A program made the translations under genes and the position numbers. DNA of 64,000 nucleotides from Bacteroidia bacterium. Its GTDB lineage: Bacteria > Bacteroidota > Bacteroidia > NS11-12g > UBA9320. The stretch spans positions 480,001 through 544,000 of the forward strand of contig CBDCFW010000006.1 of assembly GCA_965216465.1 (NCBI GenBank), given 5' to 3'. Positions 58,885-64,000 of the stretch are shown in pieces; position 1 is the stretch's first letter; each line of letters starts with the position of its first letter. The notes under the pieces were generated by a model. It was not told where the DNA came from and searched no databases. It worked only from the letters and a program-made list of their open reading frames with translations.

Positions 58885-59278
58885 AGCGAATATCCTGTAT
58901 TACATCTGGGCCTAAACTTCGAGCAACGGGACAAGTATGTGCCGTTTTTTCTAGAATCTTCTTTTCACGATCAGACCATTCATCCTTTATATTAAAAATC
59001 ACGCTTATTTGAGCAATTCTTCTGGGATTTGAAGCCATAATTTTCTCAACATCGGCCTCAATGTTTTGAAAAGGGATATTGGAAGCGTTTGCTTTTATTC
59101 CCATTACCGTAATCATGCAAGCTGCAAGTGAAGTCGCCACCAAATCAGTTGGTGAAAACAGTGCTCCTTTTCCCATGTTGTCGGTTGGAGCGTCGGTTGA
59201 AATATGCGTTCCTGATTTAATGTGAACGCATTCGGTTCTTAAGTCACCGAGGTATAATACTTTGGATGTAGTGCCCAT
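58871..59278 (-). CDS. OsmC-family protein
   Basis: TDAPTDN.GKG..FSPTDL..LAAC and TCPVARSL. Confidence 0.9.
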   Translation of the reverse strand: MGTTSKVLYLGDLRTECVHIKSGTHISTDAPTDNMGKGALFSPTDLVATSLAACMITVMGIKANASNIPFQNIEADVEKIMASNPRRIAQISVIFNIKDEWSDREKKILEKTAHTCPVARSLGPDVIQDIRFIYS

Positions 59279-59354
59279 ATTTTGAACAAAAATTGAGAAT
59301 ATTCGTTATTTTTACAAAATGCAAATTAAGGTAGGGTTTGATAATAATTGCGAA

Positions 59355-60071
59355 ATGGGTTCACACCATTTTCGTTTCCCTGTTTTAATACTTCTTACTT
59401 TTTGCACACTTTTTTCTTTCGCTCAGGTACCAAAAGAGGCCTGGACTATCGGTCCAGAAATTTCATCAAATGGTATAGGCCTCAGCTTTGTTTCGAACTT
59501 AGAGCCTGTAAATCAAAGAACGGATTATTGGTCGATCAGCATGAGTACACTCAAACATGACAAGGAGCTTAAGGTGCAAAATCCCAATTTTATCAATCCA
59601 AAACCGTACATCTATGGCAAGCAGAATGCCGCAGCAGTGGTACGTGCTAACTTAGGAAGTTCTATTTCTTTAGCAGGACGAGGTGAGCAAAATGTTTCTC
59701 ACTTAATTGGTTTTGAAGTGGGACCAAGCATTGCCATCATAAAACCGTACTATGTTTACACGCAAGAGTTAGATAATCAGCGTTTCAACCCTACTCTTGA
59801 CATCCAAGATCCATCAAACAAAGCCACACAAGAAAATGTGTTAAGTGCAGCGGGGTGGACCGAAGGATTGTCTGAGCTAACTGCTAATTTGGGCATCCAC
59901 CTCGATGTAAATTTAAAATCTGAATGGAATCAAACCTACAGAAAACAGCGTACAAAAACAGGCATTCGTTTGGACTATTTCTTTAACGACATTGGCATCC
60001 TTTACGGACAGGAAAATCAACTCTTTTTATCCTACTATTTGAGCTATCAAATTGGCGGGAATGGGCTTTAA
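59355..60071 (+). CDS. Hypothetical exported/outer membrane protein
   Basis: Signal peptide; KHDKE, YIYGKQN and IIKPYY segments. Confidence 0.65.
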   Translation: MGSHHFRFPVLILLTFCTLFSFAQVPKEAWTIGPEISSNGIGLSFVSNLEPVNQRTDYWSISMSTLKHDKELKVQNPNFINPKPYIYGKQNAAAVVRANLGSSISLAGRGEQNVSHLIGFEVGPSIAIIKPYYVYTQELDNQRFNPTLDIQDPSNKATQENVLSAAGWTEGLSELTANLGIHLDVNLKSEWNQTYRKQRTKTGIRLDYFFNDIGILYGQENQLFLSYYLSYQIGGNGL

Positions 60072-60175
60072 TTTCAACGCTTATTAACCAAATAAGTATC
60101 TTGATTAAGTAAAACTTGGTTATGATAAATCTAAAACTAAATTTGTATGCTTTATTTTTATAAAACAGTTTACAC

Positions 60176-62932
60176 ATGAATAGAAAGATTACCTTATCAA
60201 TTATCGCATCTGCATTTGTTGTTGGAGCGGTCCTTATAAACTTGAATACGGAGTCTAAAAAATACTCTCCTCGAGTAGCCACTGAAGAATCTGTTGACGG
60301 TTATTTAGAATACCTAAATTCAATTCGAGCTAATCAACATACTGGTGTTGTTAGTCAGGAAGACGTCAATGCCGTTAGAGCAGAGATCGTAAGAGAAAAC
60401 AGAAAATTAAACAAGGTAGATTGGCCAATGAAATGGGAATTTGCCGGTCCAGATAATATTGGTGGACGTACAAAGAGTTTGGTTATCGATAATACTAATC
60501 CAAACATCTTATATACCGGCGGTGTTTCTGGAGGCATCTTCAAATCTACCAACAGAGGTGGTTCATGGGTTCCCGTAGGATTAGACAGTGATTTCTTTGG
60601 TATTTCATGCATGGCTCAAACATCAGGGGGAACTGTGTTTGCAGGTACTGGTGAAAGAGGTATTCAAATAAACAACCCAAGTGGGCAAGAAACCTTTACT
60701 CCAACATTTAATGGTAGTGGAATTTATGCTTCTACGGATGGAGAGACTTTTAATTTACTTAATAACACAACTGGATTTGGGAACATAAATGTATTGGTTT
60801 CTCACCCAACACAGAACGTTATTCTTGCAGGTACTACTGGAGCGTTGAGATATTCTGATGACGATGGTCAATCTTGGACTACCATTCGTGGAGGTTCTTG
60901 CAAAGACATCGCAATCAATGAAAATGGTGTAGCCTTAGTTTATATCGGAAGCGTTGTATACCGTGTTGATGATGTATTTGATCAGGACCAATATGTATCC
61001 GCAAACATTATTACTCAGATTGGAGCCAATCAAAGATGTGCTTCAGCTTGGGCACACGATGATCCTAACTACTGTTATATAGTTTCTGTTGGAACAATCT
61101 CGACATCTTTAGCACCTGCTGGGGCAAATCTCAGAGGCTTAACAGGATTGTTTAGATCGACTGATGCGGGTAAGACTTGGACTGAAGAAGTAAATGAAGC
61201 TAGTCAATACTTCGCACCTTTCACCAATATTGGAACCAACACACAAGGAGTATGGGATATGTGTATTGCAGTTGACCCTAACGATAAAGACCGTGTGTTT
61301 ATTGGAGGTGTAGATTTTGCTGAATGGACGCTTGAAGAAGGTCCACAGATTGTAGGATCTAAATTTGGAGGAAGAAACAATCCTTTTGTAATTCACTCAG
61401 ATAAGCACTTAATCACATTTGACAAGACTGGAGACTTCCCAATTATGTACATCTGTACGGATGGAGGAATTTATAAAACAACCAATGAAGAGTTGAACAA
61501 CTACGCCGAGATTAATACCGGATTTACTACAACTCAATTCTATGGAATTGCTGCTTCTAGAGAAGGTAGAGTTTTAGGTGGAACTCAAGATCAAAACACT
61601 ATTTTAATTACCAATGAGTCATTCCCTCGTAAGAAAGGAATTGATGTACTCGCTGGTGACGGTTTCCAAGCTGAAATATCAGAATATGACCCTAACATCA
61701 TGTTTGGAGAGTCGTACAATGGTACTGTAAGACGCTCGATTGTTGGAGGAACTGAAATGGCTACCTTCTGGGATAACAGAATTAGAAACGCTTTTGATGG
61801 AGCTTCATCTCCAAATAGTATCTTTAACACTCCTTTAGAATTATGGGAAGAGCAGCTGTACGTTGACAGTGCAAAAATCTACGGTCCAAACGACGATTGG
61901 AATAACATCATGAAGTCTCGATTCTTCATGCCGTTTAGATCTGGAATCTTTATGTGTAACAACGTTTTAAGAGATGCTCACAATCCTGAAGATCCTTCAG
62001 ATGAAAGAATTCGTTGGTTTAAGGTTTCAGACATTCCAACTCCTAGTCAACAAAGTGAGGTGTCACAAATTGAATCTTCAGCCGATGGAAACCACCTATT
62101 CGTAGCTAAAAACAATGGTGAGATTTTCAGAGTTGACAATTTAAATGCTGTATCTTTTGATACAACTTCTTTACCAAAATGGAATGATATCGCTGACACT
62201 TTAGTAACGACTAAGATTAATGGAAATATGAATATTAGCGGTCGAGACTTTACAAGTATTGCAGTTGACAAGAATAATGCAAATCACGTTGTGGTTACAC
62301 TTGGGAACTATGGAAACAGTACCTATGTGTTTGCAACGGAAAATGCGCTAGATCCATCTCCAACATGGACGTCTATTCAAAATAACCTTCCAAGATTCCC
62401 AGTGTATCACGCTGTTATTAGCAACGATGATCCTGATGTAATCGTTCTTGGAACTGAATTCGGCATGTGGGGTACCACCAACGGAACGAGCTCTTCACCA
62501 AATTGGGTTCAAGTAATGGACGGACAAGATGCTGATGTTCCTTTCCCAACTGTACCTGTTCTTTCAGTTGTTCAAGTACAAGACAAGCCTTGGTCTGGAC
62601 CAGTAATCTACGCCGGAACACACGGAATGGGTATCTGGAAAAGTGGTTCGCTTCTTACGAACGTAGAAGAGGACGAAGAAGAAACTGTTGTTAAACCAAA
62701 AATTTCTGCATTCCCTAACCCGGCAAACAATGTTGTTCACCTTAGCACATCAGTTAAGGGATCATATGTACTTAAAGTATACAACATGAGCGGTCAAGAA
62801 GTAATTATTACTGAAGGCACAAGCAACGGAAGAATCACGGTTAAAACCGATAGACTTGTATCTGGTAACTACTTTGTAGAAATCGTAGGAAGAAACGATA
62901 AAGCTGTTTCAAAAATTATTGTACAGCATTAA
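60176..62932 (+). CDS. T9SS type-A protein with BNR/VPS10-like beta-propeller
   Basis: GPDNIGGRTK, Asp-box repeats (STNRGGSW, SDDDGQSW, STDAGKTW), HSDKH, GGTQDQ and AFPNPA CTD. Confidence 0.85.
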   Translation: MNRKITLSIIASAFVVGAVLINLNTESKKYSPRVATEESVDGYLEYLNSIRANQHTGVVSQEDVNAVRAEIVRENRKLNKVDWPMKWEFAGPDNIGGRTKSLVIDNTNPNILYTGGVSGGIFKSTNRGGSWVPVGLDSDFFGISCMAQTSGGTVFAGTGERGIQINNPSGQETFTPTFNGSGIYASTDGETFNLLNNTTGFGNINVLVSHPTQNVILAGTTGALRYSDDDGQSWTTIRGGSCKDIAINENGVALVYIGSVVYRVDDVFDQDQYVSANIITQIGANQRCASAWAHDDPNYCYIVSVGTISTSLAPAGANLRGLTGLFRSTDAGKTWTEEVNEASQYFAPFTNIGTNTQGVWDMCIAVDPNDKDRVFIGGVDFAEWTLEEGPQIVGSKFGGRNNPFVIHSDKHLITFDKTGDFPIMYICTDGGIYKTTNEELNNYAEINTGFTTTQFYGIAASREGRVLGGTQDQNTILITNESFPRKKGIDVLAGDGFQAEISEYDPNIMFGESYNGTVRRSIVGGTEMATFWDNRIRNAFDGASSPNSIFNTPLELWEEQLYVDSAKIYGPNDDWNNIMKSRFFMPFRSGIFMCNNVLRDAHNPEDPSDERIRWFKVSDIPTPSQQSEVSQIESSADGNHLFVAKNNGEIFRVDNLNAVSFDTTSLPKWNDIADTLVTTKINGNMNISGRDFTSIAVDKNNANHVVVTLGNYGNSTYVFATENALDPSPTWTSIQNNLPRFPVYHAVISNDDPDVIVLGTEFGMWGTTNGTSSSPNWVQVMDGQDADVPFPTVPVLSVVQVQDKPWSGPVIYAGTHGMGIWKSGSLLTNVEEDEEETVVKPKISAFPNPANNVVHLSTSVKGSYVLKVYNMSGQEVIITEGTSNGRITVKTDRLVSGNYFVEIVGRNDKAVSKIIVQH

Positions 62933-62950
62933 GATTTAAAACTTACTTTT

Positions 62951-62980
62951 AAACCCAAGGCTCACACCTTGGGTTTTTTT
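62951..62980 (+). terminator. Intrinsic terminator
   Basis: aaacccaagg-ctcaca-ccttggg followed by T7. Confidence 0.85.
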
Positions 62981-63637
62981 ATGCCACTATACTTAATCAA
63001 GATACTCTCTTATATCTGGGATATTCCTATTGTTCGAACTGGATCCCCTTTAAATCCTTATTTAGAAGTAGTTTGGAGCCAAGGTAAGAAAATGCTTAAC
63101 ACCAAAGAGGCAAACTTTTCTTTTGGCAATGGTTATACAGTCTTTGACAAAGCAACAAAGGAAATTACCGAAGAGATTAAGCGAGCACAAGACATTTTGA
63201 TACTAGGCTTTGGTTGTGGAAGTATTCTTCACCTGCTTGAAAAGAATTTCGAATACAAGAATGCCCTTGTTGGAGTGGAATATGATAGCAAAATCATAGA
63301 ACTATTTAAAGCCCATTTCGCAGAAGACTACTCCTTGAACCCAAGCTTAATTGTAGCCGATGCCCAGAAATATGTTAACGCATGTCAAACTAATTTTGAC
63401 ATAGTTTTCATCGACCTGTTTCAAGAGCTGAACAATGTAGAATTCGTATTCGAAGAAGGTTTTATTAACCAGCTCGTCAAATGTGCGTCATCCGGATCAT
63501 TAGTTTTTAATATCACTTCTCGCAACGAGCAAGATGAAAAGCGCATTTCTGCTTTGATTTTGCAGTTAAGCAAACACTACAAAAACGTTTACACTGTCAA
63601 ATTTCAAGAATTTAATTGCATCCTAATCGCGAAATAA
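62981..63637 (+). CDS. Spermidine-synthase-like SAM methyltransferase
   Basis: LILGFGCGS, GVEYD, ADA and FDIVFIDLF. Confidence 0.8.
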   Translation: MPLYLIKILSYIWDIPIVRTGSPLNPYLEVVWSQGKKMLNTKEANFSFGNGYTVFDKATKEITEEIKRAQDILILGFGCGSILHLLEKNFEYKNALVGVEYDSKIIELFKAHFAEDYSLNPSLIVADAQKYVNACQTNFDIVFIDLFQELNNVEFVFEEGFINQLVKCASSGSLVFNITSRNEQDEKRISALILQLSKHYKNVYTVKFQEFNCILIAK

Positions 63638-63717
63638 GACATTTTGTCTTGTTAATTCTTTGATTTTCACCGTATTGTGTCATTTTGTCTTATTTTTCCT
63701 GTTGGTACACAGATTGA
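63636..63717 (+). promoter_or_regulatory. hsp20 control region: repeated CATTTTGTCTT boxes plus sigma54-like element
   Basis: AAGACA-TTT-TGTCTT (63636-50), TGTCATTTTGTCT (63678-90) and TTGGTACACAGATTGA (63702-17). Confidence 0.5.
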
Positions 63718-63732
63718 ACTAACAAGAGCAAA

Positions 63733-64000
63733 ATGAAAGTTATGAATATCAAAACCAGACCATCTCTAATTTCCGATATGTTAGTAGGAAATTTCGGAGA
63801 ACTAGTAAACGAGTTTTTACATGAAGATACAGTTAAAAGAGACATTTCTTTTAGACCAGCAATTGAATTGCGTGAGGAAGGAGATGTATTTGCTCTAGAC
63901 ATTGCATTACCGGGTGTAAAAAAAGAAGACATTAACATCGAAGTAGAAAATGACTACTTAACGATTTCTGGGGAGCGTAATTCCTTTAGTTCATCTGATC
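63733..64000 (+). CDS. Hsp20 small heat-shock protein (runs off the right edge)
   Basis: Manual translation: FRPAIELRE..LDIALPGVKKEDINIEVENDYLTISGER, an alpha-crystallin motif. Confidence 0.9.
   Translation, partial: MKVMNIKTRPSLISDMLVGNFGELVNEFLHEDTVKRDISFRPAIELREEGDVFALDIALPGVKKEDINIEVENDYLTISGERNSFSSSD

Noticed and set aside
63690-63938. 82-aa minus-strand ORF
   Set aside because: Antisense shadow of hsp20.

Overview
Bacteroidota chromosome segment (T9SS cargo proteins, TAnnTTTG promoters, tmRNA tag GDNNFAMAA). It is mostly dense housekeeping and accessory genes. From left to right: a type I R-M operon (hsdM-hsdS-mrr-like-hsdR) at the tmRNA 3' end; redox and regulator genes; a LytTR two-component locus; feoAB; a fused 2-oxoacid dehydrogenase E1; nadK; a 1608-aa secreted purple acid phosphatase with 12 Cys-rich repeats; hppD followed by mhpDFE; a cytochrome c peroxidase; an MntR/DtxR-linked TonB receptor; tRNA-Val; hemW and hemD; and hsp20. 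The most unusual feature lies downstream of tRNA-Val(TAC). It is an array of ~126-bp structured repeats whose divergence increases with distance from the tRNA. The units carry strand-specific hairpins with GNA triloops and tandem G.A pairs, and an orphan copy lies on the far side of a 3.1-kb cargo gene. This suggests a tRNA-anchored, cassette-like accretion system, but no recombinase is present in the window. Also noted: a homopolymer frameshift gene, two candidate small transcripts and several operator-like sites. All calls are from reading the sequence; no searches were run.
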